64,000 bases of DNA from Malacoraja senta (taxonomy: Eukaryota), in contig JAXLNO010002386.1 in the NCBI GenBank assembly GCA_038087875.1, forward strand, positions 372,001 through 436,000. Direction: 5' to 3'. The notes below the pieces were generated by a model. That model was not told the DNA's origin. It searched no databases and saw only the letters and a list, made by a program, of their open reading frames with translations. Shown piece by piece: positions 45,342 to 59,185 of this stretch. Each line of letters starts with the position of its first letter. The first letter of the stretch is position 1. A program made the position numbers and the translations under genes.

Positions 45342-47989
45342 GGAAACAGGCTTAGATATAAAGAATAACATTTATAGCAGTTCCAATGTAGGAAAATGCT
45401 TCAATGAGATTCGTAAGAATATTATTCTGTAACATTTTACTTCGAGCAGTATAATGGCATGACATGACAATTAGCAAACTAAACATTTAAGGTGCATCTT
45501 AAAGGAAGAATAAGAGGTAGGGATATTTAGAGAGCAATTCTATGACTTGGGTCTGCTCTTCAGATGAAATACTTAAATTTGTGAATAATCTGGAAGTTAT
45601 ACTGCCTGGTTCATCGTGGGTTCTGACCTCACCACCATCGAAGGGATCCACACGAGGCGCTGCCTCAAAAAAGGCGGCAACATCATCCCCCTGGCCACGC
45701 TTTCATTACCTCCCACCATGGGGAAGAAAGTATAGGTGTTTGAAAACCATGTCCTCCAGGTTCAAGAATAGCTTCTTCCCAACAACTATCACGCACGTGA
45801 ACAATACACAACGCTAACCTCAACTGTGAAATTGTATGGACTGTATGCATGCCGAGGGAGGAGCTGCGTAGGAAGGAACTGCAGATGCTGGTTTAAACCG
45901 AAGATAGACACAAAATGCTGGAGTAACTCAGCGGGTCCGACAGCGACTCTGGAGAAAAGGAATAGGTAGCGTTTCAGGTCGAGACCATTCTTCAGACTGA
46001 TAGTCAGGGGAAAGGGAAACGAGAGATACAGGGGGTGATATAGAGATATATAAGAACAAATGATTGAAAGATTTGCTTTGAATGAAAGAGCTGTTGGTCT
46101 TACATATTTAAATACAATGATCAGAGTTTAAAATCTGAATATTTTTCAATCGGAAAGATGATGGGTGAATGGGATGGAGCAAGTTAGCCCAATGATGACA
46201 AAGTCTGAAGAAGGGCCTCAATCTGAAACATCACCCATTCCTTCTCTCTGGAGATTCTGCCTGTCCCACTGAGTTATTCCAGCATTTTGTGTCTATCGCT
46301 ATGTGCTGGAGTAACTCAGCTGGTCAGGCAGCATCTCCGGAGAACGTGGCTAGATGACGTTTAGGGTAAACACCCTTCCACAGAGTGAAGAAGGGGTCTT
46401 GACCCGAATCATCTATCCATCATCACATATCCATGATCTCCAGGGATGCTGCCGGACCCACTAAGGTGCTCCAACACTTTGTGTCTTTTTGTGAACCAAC
46501 ATTTGTAGTTCCTTGTTTCTACAGTGTAAATTGACTGTCATTTGTAGGTAAGTGATAGAATCTGGAGAGAGATGATGGGAATTTGCAGAGAATAAGAATG
46601 GGTTGGTCAAGAGCAAGAGTTTAATTGTCATCTGTACTGGCAATGGAACAATGAAATTATTATACACATATTAAATATACAACAATCAATGGTAAAATAA
46701 ATTAATATTAGTTATACTCGGTAACCAGACCATAACAGTGGAAAAACAAAACATCCTTACTGCAACCAAAATAAAGTTATTGCAGATCAGAGTTGTTGAG
46801 GTAAGGTTGTGGTTCGTGTTGTGCAGTGTTTAAATGCCTGCTGCTCATGAGAAAAAAAGCTGCTCTTAAACCTGGAGCTAACAGTTCTCAGGCTCTCTAA
46901 CCTCAGAGGCAGTTGATTGGTTCAACGGTATTTTATATGTGGCAAGTACCGAGGTACAGTGAAATTCATTTTTGTATACAGTTTAGTACAAGTATCACTA
47001 TATATAAGCCCTTAGATACGTCTGAGATAAGCATCGCAGATACAGTACAAGTGTATAGCAGTAGTATGCTGAGACAGTATACAGTGTCGCCAGTTTATGG
47101 TGCCATATCCAAGTCCCTCAAGTTGTAAGTGAGGGTTCTTGGCCTGACCATGAGGCCCATTGTCCTGGTGTTGCAGGGTTGACCTGGCCAAGCGAAGCTG
47201 TGGTGTCCTCTACTGCTGCAGGGTGCAACTGGTCCATGCGCCCGGCCTCTTGGAGCAGCGCCTGGAACAGCCAAGCCCCAGGCTGCTGCAGGGCCTCCAG
47301 CGCCCACTCCACTGTTGAGGCCGTGCATTCCCTCCCGCAGCCAGTCTGCCTATAAGCCATCCATCTGACTCCTTCCACTCTGGGCGGGCGAGCTGGGCCT
47401 TCCAGGTGGGTCCTCCATCCTTGGTCCACAGCGAGCAAGAACTCGGTCCATGATGGATGGGCCAGATCTTCCGGGCGAATTCCTGGTCCAGGGTGGCCGG
47501 CCCTGAGAGTATGGCCAGGGTGGTGTGGGTCTCTGATGATATTAGCTGTCTTTCTGAGGCAGCACCTCCTGCAGATCAATGGTGGGATGGAATGGTATGG
47601 AATGAGTGCTTCATGGTCAGTGGACTGTCGGCTGAAGGTTCTGTTTGTGTGTCTCTGTGACTATATGTGTGGAGAATGCTTCAAAAGAGTAGGTGAAGGG
47701 GCATTCTAAATGATGGGATGCACATATCATTGTAAACGGGGCCCTCAAAGTATTGATCTGTAAAATGCTGAATCTGCATTTTATTGCAGGGGACTAGAGT
47801 TTAATGGTAGCCAATCCACATAAACACTTGTCTCGTCTATGAAGAGTTTTGCAGACTGCTCCAATTACAATAAATTAATATATAACGAGTGGGATACTAG
47901 AAGGTACATTCCTTTTATCCATAGATGCTGCTTGTTCCACTGCGTTACTCCAGTATTTTGTCTCTATCTTTGGTGTAAGCCAGCATCTG

Positions 47990-48470
47990 CAGTGCCTTCC
48001 TACACAGACACAAGAAGGATCCCAACAATGGGTTCTGTTTGTATGGAGTTGATACGTTCTCCCTGTGACCTCTCGGGTTTCCCCTGGGTGCTCAGAGGGC
48101 GGTGGAGGCTGGTTCTCTGGATACTTTCAAGAAAGAGCTGGATGGGGCTCTTAAAGATAGTGGAGTCAGGGGATATGGGGAGAAGGCAGGAACGGGGTAC
48201 TGATTGGAGATGATCAGCCATGATCACATTGAATGGCGGTGCTGGCTCGAAGGGCCAAATGGCCTACTCCTGCACCTATTGTCTATTGTCTATTGTCTAT
48301 TGTTTCGTCCCACGTTCCAAAGACGTGTGGGTTTGTAGGTTTATTGGCCGCTGTAAATTGCCCTGAGTGTGTAGGATGTGAAACAGGGAAAACATAGAAC
48401 TAGTGTATGGGTGATTGATGGTCAGTGCAGACTCAGTGGGCAGAAAGGCCTGTTTCCATGCTGCATCTGT
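47990..48470 (+). mobile_element. V-SINE interrupted by a CR1 3' end with (CTATTGT)n tail (about 48095-48303)
   Basis: The SINE core breaks at ...gggtgctc and resumes ttcgtcccacgttccaaagac after the CR1 tail. Confidence 0.75.
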
Positions 48471-49844
48471 TAAAAAAGATTGGTGAGCATGATACCAGAA
48501 TTCAAAGGTTACAGAGAGACCAACACATTTTAGTTTGTACAGAGAAGAACACCCAAGAATGTTTGTATTCAAAGAGACCAACAAAGTAATAAAGGTTTGC
48601 AGGTACAACGTCCAACAGTGAGCATTGCTTAATCTAATCTTATACTTAGAACATTGTAGACGTAGGGCATTCAGCACAGGGAGGCTGTCCCATTGAGGGG
48701 GACGAGAACAAATGGGGTACTGTGGGGATGGGGGCGCCACCAAGAATGAAGGGGGAACTGGTGGGGATGGTGTCTGCTGCCATGTGTGGCAACAGGCAGT
48801 GGATAGGACTGTTCGGTACTTTGTAACTTTGTCTGCGCCAACACATGACGACATTTTTGTACTGCCTAGGTTCAGTTTAGTTTATTGTCACGTGTACTGT
48901 GGTACAGTGAAAAGCTTTTTGTTGCTTACTAACCAGTCAGTAGAAAGACAATACATGATTACAATCAATGCATTTACAATGTAGAGACACATGATAAAGG
49001 AATAATGTTTAGTGCAAGGTGAAGCCAGCAAAGTCCGGTCAAGGATAGACCGAGGTTGTATGGAAAACAAAGCATTTCACTATACCCAGGTACCCTGGGT
49101 ACATGTGACAATAGAGTATCATTCAATCATTCTTTCATTCATCAGTCCTATTCCTCACAATTTATTTTCCATATAACACAGGCACCCATGGCCGCCAATG
49201 CTCCTTTGATTTTCTTTGCCATTTACGTGTGTTGATCTGGCTAATGGGTTTTGTGAAGTACAGCACAGTGGTGCAATGGTAGAGAGTTGCTGCCTCATAG
49301 CGCCAGAGACCCAGGTTCAATCCTGACTTCAGGTCTGTCTATGTGGAGTTTGCACATTTTCACTGTGACCGAGTGGGTTTCCTCCAGGTGCTCCGGTTTC
49401 CTCACACAACCCAAAGGCATGCAGGTTTGTAGGTTAATTGGCCTATGTAAATTGCCCCTAGTGTGTAAAGAGTGGACGAGAAAGTGGAATAACTAGAGTG
49501 AATGGGAGATCAATGGTCAACATGGACTCAGTGGGCCGAAGGGCCTGTTTCCATGCTGTAACTCTAAACTAACCTTAAAAACCACTAAAATTACTGATTT
49601 ATTGCAAGTAGCTAGATTCAAAACTATTTAAACTACTGAAGACGGGTCCTGACTCAAAACGTTACCTGTCCATTCCAGCCACAGATGCTGCCTGACTCAC
49701 TGAGTTCCTCCAGTATTTCATTGCTCAAGATTCCAACATGTCTCGATATTAACTACTTGTTTGAATAACACTGTTGTTTGGTATTTTTATGATATTTTTA
49801 CTGTTGAATTGCATGCTGAAATGTTCATACCTTGAACATAGTTG

Positions 49845-51297
49845 AATAATAATAATAATAATATCTTTTATTGTCATTGCACGTCAGTGCAACGAGATTT
49901 AGTATGCAGCTCCACCGATGTACAAGAAAAGTAAAATAAATAAATAAGCAAGCTGAGTGACGTGACCATCCGAGGGAGACTGTCCAGGGGGGGTGGGGGG
50001 GGGGGGGGGGCACTCAGCAGGGCCGGTTCAGAGCTACTATAGCTCTTGGAATAAAGCTGTTTCTGAGTCTGGAGTTTCGGGCGTAGAAGGCCTTATAACG
50101 TCTGCCGGAGGGAAGTAGTTCAAACAGTCCGTTACAAGGGTGTGATGAGTCCTTATGGATGCTGACGGCCTTCCTGAGGCACCGTGTGTGGTAGATGCCC
50201 TCCAAGGCTGGTAGCTCTGTCCCAATGATCCTCTGCGCTCTGTGGACGACGCGCTGAAGAGCTCTCCTCTCTGCCTCCGTGCAGCTGAGATACCACACAG
50301 AGATGCCATACGTTAATATGCTCTCTGTGGTGCAGCGGTAGAACGTTGTCAGCAGCTGTTGGGGCAGACCAGTCTTTTTTAATGTCCTCAAGAAGAACAG
50401 TCATTGCTGTGCCTTCTTGACCAGCGCAGCGGTGTTGGTGGACCATGTGAGGTCCTCTGAAATGTGAGTGCCCAGAAACTTAAAGCTGGACATTCTCTCC
50501 ACACTTTCCCCGTAAATGGAGATTGGGGCATATTCTCCATTATGGGACCTCCTGAAGTCAATAATAATCTCCTTGGTCTTGGAGGTGTTTAGTGACAAGT
50601 TGTTATGAGCGCACCAGTCCGCCAGGTTCGGCACCTCCGCTCTGTATTTTGTTTCATCACCGTTGGTGATCAGCCCAATCACTGTTGTGTCATCTGCAAA
50701 CTTCACGATGGTGTTGGTGTCGAATGCAGGGACACAGTCGTGAGTGAAGAGGGAGTAGAGCATGGGGCTTAGTACACAGCCCTGTGGTGTGCCGGTGCTC
50801 AGGGTGATAGTGGAGGACAGGTGCGGGCCCAGTCTCACTGCCTGCGGTCGCTCCATCAGAAAGTTCAGGATCCAATCGCATATCGGCGAGCTGAGGCCTA
50901 GCTGGTGGAGTTTGGTGGTGAGCTTGGTGGGGATGACCGTATTGAATGCAGAGCTATAGTCAATGAAGAGCATCCTCACATACGTGCCCTGTCTGTCCAG
51001 GTGAGTCAGGACAGTGTGAAGAGCCAGAGAGATGGCATCCTCTGTTGATCTATTTGCCCTGTATGCAAATTGATGGGAGTCCAGTGAGGCAGGGATGCTG
51101 GATTTGATATGGGAGAGGACCAGCCTTTCAAAGCACTTCATTGGGATTGGAGTTAGGGCAACCGGGCGGTAGTCGTTCAGGTTGGTGACTTTGGACTTTT
51201 TCGGCACCGGCACTATGGTGGCTGTTTTCAGGCACTTGTGGACCGTTGCCAGAGATAGAGACAGATTGAAGATTCTCGTGAATACCTCCGCCAGAAA
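49845..51297 (-). mobile_element. Rex1/Babar-type LINE, 5'-truncated, frameshifted
   Basis: ORFs 50401-51300 and 50014-50391(-) carry [31 protein letters not shown] and KKAQQ; (tta)n tail. Confidence 0.93.
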
Positions 51298-52059
51298 AGG
51301 ATAGTAATTCATTAATGCATGCAGGAATAGTATTATTAAAATTGACTTTAGTAAAATACCGAATACACTGGCAATATGCAGTAGGTCAGGCCTCATCTGT
51401 AGGCAGGAAAGCAGAGCTAATGTTTCAGGCCAGAGACCCTTCAGGACTGGGAAGGAGGAGAAAGAAGAAAGGAGGAACTGAAGATGCTGGTTAACATAAA
51501 AAGACACAGTGTTGGAATAACTCAGTGGGACGGGCAGCATTACTGGAGAACGTGGGATGCTAAGGTTTTGGGTCAGGACCATTCTTCAAACTGATTGTGG
51601 GAGCTGGAAGAGAGGAGGGGCAGAACAAAGTTTGGCAGATGATAGGTGATAGATACCAAAATGAGAGAGCAGTCCTGAACTACTTCTGCCTCATTTGTGA
51701 CCCTCGGACTTTCTTTGATCGGACTTTACTGGCTTTACCTTGCACTAAATGTTATTCCCTCATCATGTATCTCTACACTGTAAATGGTTAGTTTGTAATC
51801 ATGTATTGTCTTTACGCTGACTGGTTAGCAGGCAACAAAAGCTTTTCACTGTACCTCTGTACACGTAACAATAAACTAAACTAAAATGTTGCAGAGAGGA
51901 TTTTCCGACAACAAAGGCCAGAGATGAAAAGACAAAAGGAATTAAAGAATGGTGAATTGTGAAAATAGAGGAATGGATGAAGGGGACGGGGGAGGGCAGA
52001 AATGGATGCAAGTCCAGATGGGGCACAGGGGAGGGCAAGAAATGGGGGGGGGGGGGGGG

Positions 52060-52950
52060 GCGTAGGTTACCTAAAATTCTCATCACTTCCCACACAAACC
52101 ATTGCGTCCCAGGTAATCTCCCCTGCAACTGCGGATGTAACATCTGATCCTGTACCTCCTCTGTGGTCTGCCTCGAGGGACCATAGCAGTCCTTCTAGGT
52201 GAGACAAGATGTTCATGTACACCTTCTCTAAACTGATCTATTGCATCCGGTGTTCCCAATGTGGCCTCCTGTATATCGACGAGACCAAGCATTGACTCCA
52301 CGACCATTTCGCCGAAAATATGCACTGGATCTGCCATGGACTTCTGGATCTCCTGGTTGCTAACCACTTGAACTTCCTTTCCCATTGCCATATTGACCTT
52401 TCTGTCTTGGGTCTCCTCCATTGCCAGTGTGAGGTCACATGCAAACAGCCCCTAATATTCTTCTTGGGTAGCTTTCAACCTGGTGGTGTGAACATTGAAC
52501 TCGCCAATTTTAGGAAACCTAAGCCCTACTCTCCTCCTCCTCCTCCTCCCCTTTCTCCCCCACACCCATATTTCTCCCCACCGTTGACCCGCTCCCCTGT
52601 AGCCCACCTGGACTTGCACCTATTTCCCTCCACTTCCCTTTCCTTCTAAATTTGCCATTTGCAACTTTTCAATTATTTTGTTGCACACCTTCTGTATTTT
52701 TATCTCTGGCCCTTGTCCAATAATCTCCCCATCAACTCCCCCCATTACCGCCTCCTCACCTATGTTCACCTATTACCTGCCCCGCCTTTCATCCAGTTTC
52801 CTTCTTCTCCCCCTCCCACTCCCCCTCTACAATGCCCATATCATCCCCCCCCAACCTCCCACAATTAGTCTGAAGAAGGATCCTGTTCCACAACACCATA
52901 TATCCATGTTTTCCAGTGATACTGCCTGACCATCGAGTTTGTGTCTTTTT
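52060..52950 (+). mobile_element. Penelope-like element 3' fragment
   Basis: LIYCIRCSQCGLLYIDETKH GIY-YIG remnant, a pyrimidine-rich 3' UTR and a decayed terminal unit. Confidence 0.8.
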
Positions 52951-53514
52951 CTAGGAGAAAAAAAGAAGCACGTTAAGCTGCAGGAAGTGTGGGGGAGGGA
53001 GAATGTCTTTCAATGATAGACACAGAAAGCTGGAGTAACTCAGCGGGACAGGCAGCATCTCTGGAGAAAAGGAATGGGTGATGTTTCGGGTCGAGACCCC
53101 TTTTCAGACTTTACAAGCCTTATCTGTTAGAATTTAATGAGATGGACATCTGTTTGTGGTCGAATGCATTATCTGAAAGCTGAATGTAAATTGTACTGTT
53201 AAGGCTTTACAATACGTCATTGGTTAAAATGTGCATGGATTGAGCATATGGGCTTAATTGTCCTCCTGCTTTGAAGGAAAGCTCACAGCATGTCTCAATT
53301 GCATGTCAACCTAGTATCATAAAAACAACTACTGTAGGAACTCAGGTGGTAGAGGAACAACTTTGTAAGAAGAAACTGCAGATGCTGGTTTACACTGAAG
53401 ATAGACACAAAATGCTGGAGTAACTCAGTGGCTCATGCAGCATTTCTGGCAAAAAGAAATAGGTGACATTTCAGGTTGAGACCCTTCCTCACATCTTCAA
53501 GAGACAAGAGTGTT

Positions 53515-54258
53515 ATAGACAATAGGTGCAGGAGTAGGCCATTTGGCCCTTCGAGCCAGCACCGCCATTCAATGTGATCATGGTTGATCGTCCCCAATCA
53601 GTACCCCGTTCCTGCCTTCTCCCCATATCGCCTGACTCTGCTGTTTTTAAGAGCCCTGTCTAGCTCTCTCTTGAAAGCATCCAGAGAACCTGCCTCCACT
53701 GCCCTCTGAGGCAGAGAATTCCACAGACTCACCACTCTCAGTGAGAAAAAGTGTTTCCTCGTCTCCGTTCTAAATGGCTTACTCCTTATTCTTAAACTTT
53801 GGCCCCTGGTTCTTGACTCCCCCAACATCAGGAACATGTTTCCTGCCTCTAGCGTGTCCAAGCCCTTAACAATCTTATATGTTTCAATGAGATTTCCATT
53901 CATCCTTCTAAACTCCAGAGTGTACAAGCCCAGCTGCTCCATTCTCTCAGCATATGACAGTCCCGCCATCCCGGGAATTAACTTTCTAAACCTATGCTGC
54001 ACTCCCTCAATAGCAAGAATGTCCTTCCTCAAATTAGGGGACCAAAACTGCACACAATATTCCAGGTGTGGTCTCACTAGGGCTCTCTACAACTGCAGAA
54101 GGACCTCTTTGCTCCTATATTTGATTCCTCTTGTTATAAAGGCCAACATGCCATTCGCTCTCTTCACTGCCTGCTGTACCTGCATGCTTACTTTCATAGA
54201 CTGATGTACAAGGACCCCCAGATCCCGTTGTACTTCCCCTTTTCCCAACTTGACTCCA
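53515..54258 (-). mobile_element. CR1 LINE 3' fragment
   Basis: ORFs 53598-54077 and 54087-54350(-) carry RPHLEYCVQFWSP...LGLYTLEFRR. Confidence 0.92.
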
Positions 54259-54455
54259 GTTAAATCATCTTGCGAGTGGGATTTTGTGGAACGCGCTGGT
54301 TTTATTGTCATATGTCCCAGATAGGACAATGAAATTCTTACTTGCTGCAAAACAGAAGGGAATGAAATTTGGAGGGAATTACATTTTTCACAATGATTTT
54401 TAACTGGTACAGTAAGTTTCTTCTATTATTCATAAACCATTTGCTGGAGTATGTA

Positions 54456-55496
54456 GCAATGTTACAAAATTTTGAGATTTTAAAAATCAAGTCTGCAATT
54501 TATCCCATCAGATAAAGCATAAAAAGAAGTTTAATTTGACACCTAATTCACTTTCATATCTTCAGTATTAAAAAGGTTATGGCCATTTTCATACTCGGAA
54601 ATTAGCTTCTTGTTCCCTATTGCTTTTCCATTGACTTAACACAAAAGCTGTGATCAAGGACAGTCAAAAGCCCATAACTTTCTTAAAAATTAAGAGAACT
54701 TAATGAAATTTTCAGTTATTATAGATTGAAGCATTCTGAAACAAATATGAAACAATCTTACTTGGATGACCTGAAATTAAAGCATATAATTAGTTAGTTA
54801 CCCAATTGTAGCTAATTACAAAATTCAATTACTAGATCTAAATATCTATCCATTTCTTAAGAAAAAGTTAACATTTTTAAAAAGCCTAAGTGTCCAAATA
54901 ACATTCACACAAGAATTCACAATATAACATTATTTTTAAATCTCATTGTCATTAATTTATAGGCCAAATGGAAGGAATTTAGTGTTTAATTCCTGTAAAT
55001 TAATGGCCATTTAAATCATCTTGCGAGTGGGATTTTGTGGAACGCGCTGGTTTGGAACGCTGCAGTTGCACTGAATTAAACCCCAATATCGGCAGGAAAA
55101 ATACTGCCGGTTGGTATATTTAAATAATCACATTTTCGCAACTTGAAATTTTTATTAAAGGCATCCTAAGAAGCAAGTTTATATGAAAAAATAAACAGTG
55201 TACCTTGCCTTGTCCCGTGCGTGAAATCCGTCCCCGTTGTCGGCGTTGACGGCATTTGAAGATGATTTTAATTTTACTCCAACAATTAAATTATAATGCG
55301 CTAATTTTAATAAACTTAATAAAACGGCAGTCGAAGTGATTTTTCTTCATGAACTATTTAACCTGTTCAAGATCGTTTAGAACAGGCTGCCGAAATATCG
55401 CATTTAAAACCCGGCCCCCTCTCAAAGGCGCCAAAGTCGCGCACACCGGCAGTGACAGAACTGCAGCGCCGCTGAAGGTAAGTTTTGTAACATACC
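54456..55496. mobile_element. Non-autonomous DNA transposon, 1041 bp
   Basis: 14-bp TIRs match at 12/14 (gcaatgttacaaaa at 54456; ttttgtaacatacc at 55483-55496) and are flanked by TA on both sides. The interior is AT-rich and non-coding. Confidence 0.65.
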
Positions 55497-57184
55497 TAGA
55501 GTGTGTAGTAATATTTTCAAAACAATATTTGAAATGACATAAGACCAAGATTGCATGAGAAGTCATCTTCTGATACAGTTTAGGATTTGGCAGGAAATGC
55601 TAAAAAATATGGTTCAGCACGGTGGTGCAGCGGCAGAGCTGCTGCCTTACAGCGCAAGGGACCCGGGTTTGATCCTGACTACGGTTTCAGTCTGCATGGA
55701 GCTTGTACGTACTTCCCATGACCGGCACGGGTTTCCTCCGGGTGCTCCGGTTTCCTCCCACACTCCAATGACATACCAATTTGCTCAGTAAAATTCTAAA
55801 TTGTCCCAAGCGTGAATAAAATAGTGATAGTGTGCGGGGATCGCTGGTCGGCGTGGTTTCGGTGGGCTGAAGGACAGGTTTCTGCACTGTATCTCTAAAT
55901 TAAACTAAATACCCAGAAAGCAAGGAAAAGTTCAAGCTTAAGGAGAGGAAATCTGAATTCACGTTCTAGACCTTCATCATTTAATTTGGCAACTAAATTG
56001 TTGCAACTTTATTTACCTCCACAGATGCTGTTGGATCATTTCCAACATGTTATATTTCTGTGTCAAGTTTATAGCACCACGTCATTATTTTACCTTATTT
56101 TCCACTGAAAATGGAAAGGTTGTTTGATAGATTTGTAATGTAATCATAGCCTAGAACATGGGTCTTTTGCTGATTAATATTGAGTCGAGTCCAGCAATAC
56201 ATTCCTCAGGGCTTGAGCAATTGTGCTCTTGACCTGCTGTGAATTTATCAGAGAGAAGTGTAAGGATGTGTAAAAGTGTAGTTATGCCGGCTGAAGTATG
56301 TACATTTTTGAGATGGTAGAGAAAATGGGAAGATTAATCACTTCTGTTCAGAAGACATTTAACAAGGTTACACTTAAAGTGTTTATAAACATTTGTGAGG
56401 TAGGATCAGATTATTTGACTGGAAGGTAATTTTCCCCAAGTGAATGCGGGTGGTGGGAAAATTGAGAGAGGAGGGAAGTTCATTGGAATGTGAGATTTAC
56501 ATGGAAACATAGAAAATACTGTAGGTGCAGGAGTAGGCCATTCGGCCCTTCGAGCAAGCACCGCTATTCAATATGATCATAGCTGATCATCCAAAATCAG
56601 TACCCCGTTCCTGCTTTTTACCCATATCCCTTGATTCCATTAGCCCTAAGAGCTAAATCCAACTCTATCTTGAAAACATCCAGTGAATTGGCCTCCACTG
56701 CCTTCTGTGGCAGAGAATACCACAGATATACAACTCTCTGGGTGAAAAAGTTTTTCCTTATCTCACTCCTAAATGGTCTACTGCTTATTTTTAAACTATG
56801 ACGCAAGTTTCTGTGTTCGATGACTTTATTCTCCTCAGTGATTTGATACACACGTTAATAGTTTAGTTTAGAGATATAGAGCAGAAACAGGCACTTTGGC
56901 CCACCGAGTCTGCGCTGGCCATCGACTCCCGCACCTTAACGCTGCCCTACACACAAACTTGGGACAATTTAATATTTACACCAAGCCCATTAATCTATAA
57001 ACATGTACGTCTTTGTACGTGGGAGGAAATCGATGGTCTTGGAGAAAACCCATGCAGGTCACAGGGAGAACGTACAAACTCCATACAGACAGCACCTATA
57101 GTTAGGATCGAACCCGGGTCTCTGGCACTGTGAGGCAGTTGCTCTACCTCTACTGCACCGTGCCACCCATAATAGTGCTGCCCA

Positions 57185-58085
57185 AAAGTCAAGAGAGTTT
57201 TATTGTCATGTGTCCCAGATAGGACAATGAATTCTTGCTTGCTGCAGCACAACAGAATATGTAAACATAATACAGAGATAAAAGTTCAGTGTGTCTATAT
57301 ACCATAGACCATATATATACACAATAAATAAACATATAAAGTGCAATAGGCTGTTATTGTTCAGAGTTTGTTTGATATCGTGTTTAATAGCCTGATGGCT
57401 GTGGGGAAGAAGCTGTTCTTGAACCTGGATGTTCCAGATTTCAAGCTCCTGTGCCTTCTTCCCGATGGCAATGGAGAGATGAGTGTGTGGTCAGGATGGT
57501 GTGGGTCTTTGATGATGTTGACAGCCATTTTGAGGCAGCGACTGCGATGGATCCCTTCGATGGAAGGGAGGTCAGAGCCGAAGATGGACTGAGCAGTGTT
57601 TACAACTTTCTTCATTCTTTTCCGCTCCTGGACGATCAAGTTGCTGAACCAAGCCACGATGCAACCAGTCAGCATGCTCTCTACAGTGCACGTGTAGAAG
57701 TCCGAGAGAGACCTCCTTGACATACCAACTCTCCGTAATCTTCTCAGGAAGTAGAGGTGCTGCTGTGCCTTTTTTATGATTGCATCAGTGTGCTGGGACC
57801 TGGAAAGATCTTCTGAAATATGCACGCCCAGGAATTTGAAGTTCTTGACCCTTTCCACCATCGTCCCGGGATATAAACGGGATTGTGGGTTCCTATCCTA
57901 CCTCTTCCAAAGTCCACAATCAGTTCCTTGGTTTTACTGGTGTTGAGGGCCGGGTTATTGTGCTGGCCGATCTCACTAATATACTCTGACTCATCACCAT
58001 CAGTGATTCGTCCCACAACAGTGGTGTCGTCGACGAACTTGATGATGGAGTTCGGACTATGTCTGGCTACGCAGTCATGAGTTTA
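57185..58085 (-). mobile_element. Rex1/Babar-type LINE 3' fragment
   Basis: [20 protein letters not shown] and KKAQQHLYFLRRL motifs. Confidence 0.9.
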
Positions 58086-58494
58086 GAGTGAGTACAGTAG
58101 AACAGTTTTCTTATTTTTCAGTCATCAATATTCTCACTAGAATGGGCCATAAAAAAGTACTTCCTGTGGAAAAAGTTCAGTAACTTGGGGGAAAAAGATT
58201 TAAACTAATTGGTCAACTAAATTGTAAAAGACAACGTAAAAAGAGTACACATGTGATCCATGAACTAGTTCAAAGAGCTGCCTTGCCTCAGCCACCATCC
58301 ACTGAATGCTGCCGAGTGGTGTATTTGTGGGATACTTTGTAGGATTGCATGGAATAAAAATATACATCAATCATAATTAATTTAAATGGCACAGAGGATG
58401 CCAGGTTTTATTTACACTCTATTTGTAAACACAGAACAATGCTATACAAGGCAGGATGTACAGGAAGGAACTGCTGATGCTGGTTAAAACTCTC

Positions 58495-59185
58495 CAGTGA
58501 GTCACTCAGCACGTACTCCTGCAGTCTGGAATGGACAGATGATGTTTTGGGTCAGACGCTTCTTCAGACTGATTGTAATAGAAAGCTGAAAAAGAGATGT
58601 GGGGCTGGGACAAAGCCTGGCAAGTGATACAGGTGATAAGACACAAAAAGCTGGAGTAACTCAGCGGAACAGGCAACATCTCTGGAGAGAAGGAATGGGT
58701 GATGTTTCGGGTCGAGACCATTCTTCAGACCCTTTGTCACCTTTTCACCTCTAGCCGTTGCCACTTACTCCACCCGTCTATTTATCAAAATCCGTTCTCT
58801 AGTCGCACCAGCTTCTCGTTTTCACCCAACAAATAGCTTACAATGGCCTGTTTCCTTTATCATCGTTACTTTTTTGCATATCTTTCATTCATTGTTCTTT
58901 ATCTCTCTACATCATTTTCTATATCTCTTGTTTCCCTTATCCCCAACTAGTCTGAAGAAGAATCTCGACCTGAAAAGTCACCCATTCCTTCTCTCCAGAG
59001 ATGCTGCCTGTCCCACTGAGTTACTCCAGCTTTTTATGTCTTATCACCTGTATCACTTGCCAGGCTTTGTCCCAGCCCCACATCTCCTTTTCAGCTTTCT
59101 ATTACAATCAGTCTGAAGAAGCGTCTGACCCAAAACATCATCTGTCCATTCCAGACTGCAGGAGTACGTGCTGAGGGACTCACTG
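58495..59185. repeat. 236-bp inverted repeat (arms 58495-58730 and 58950-59185)
   Basis: Direct comparison gives 12 mismatches in 236 bp, concentrated in the inner about 85 bp. Confidence 0.95.

Noticed and set aside
47095-47460. GC-rich segment with a 153-aa minus-strand ORF
   Set aside because: The ORF starts in a Rex-type fragment, the remainder has no recognisable domain, and it is flanked by retroposon pieces; probably part of a non-autonomous repeat.
49182-49234. Strong-looking acceptor followed by G-T-H, reminiscent of a class I alpha1/alpha2 start
   Set aside because: A stop follows after 17 codons, there is no further similarity, and a SINE starts immediately afterwards. Too little evidence; worth rechecking only by tBLASTn.
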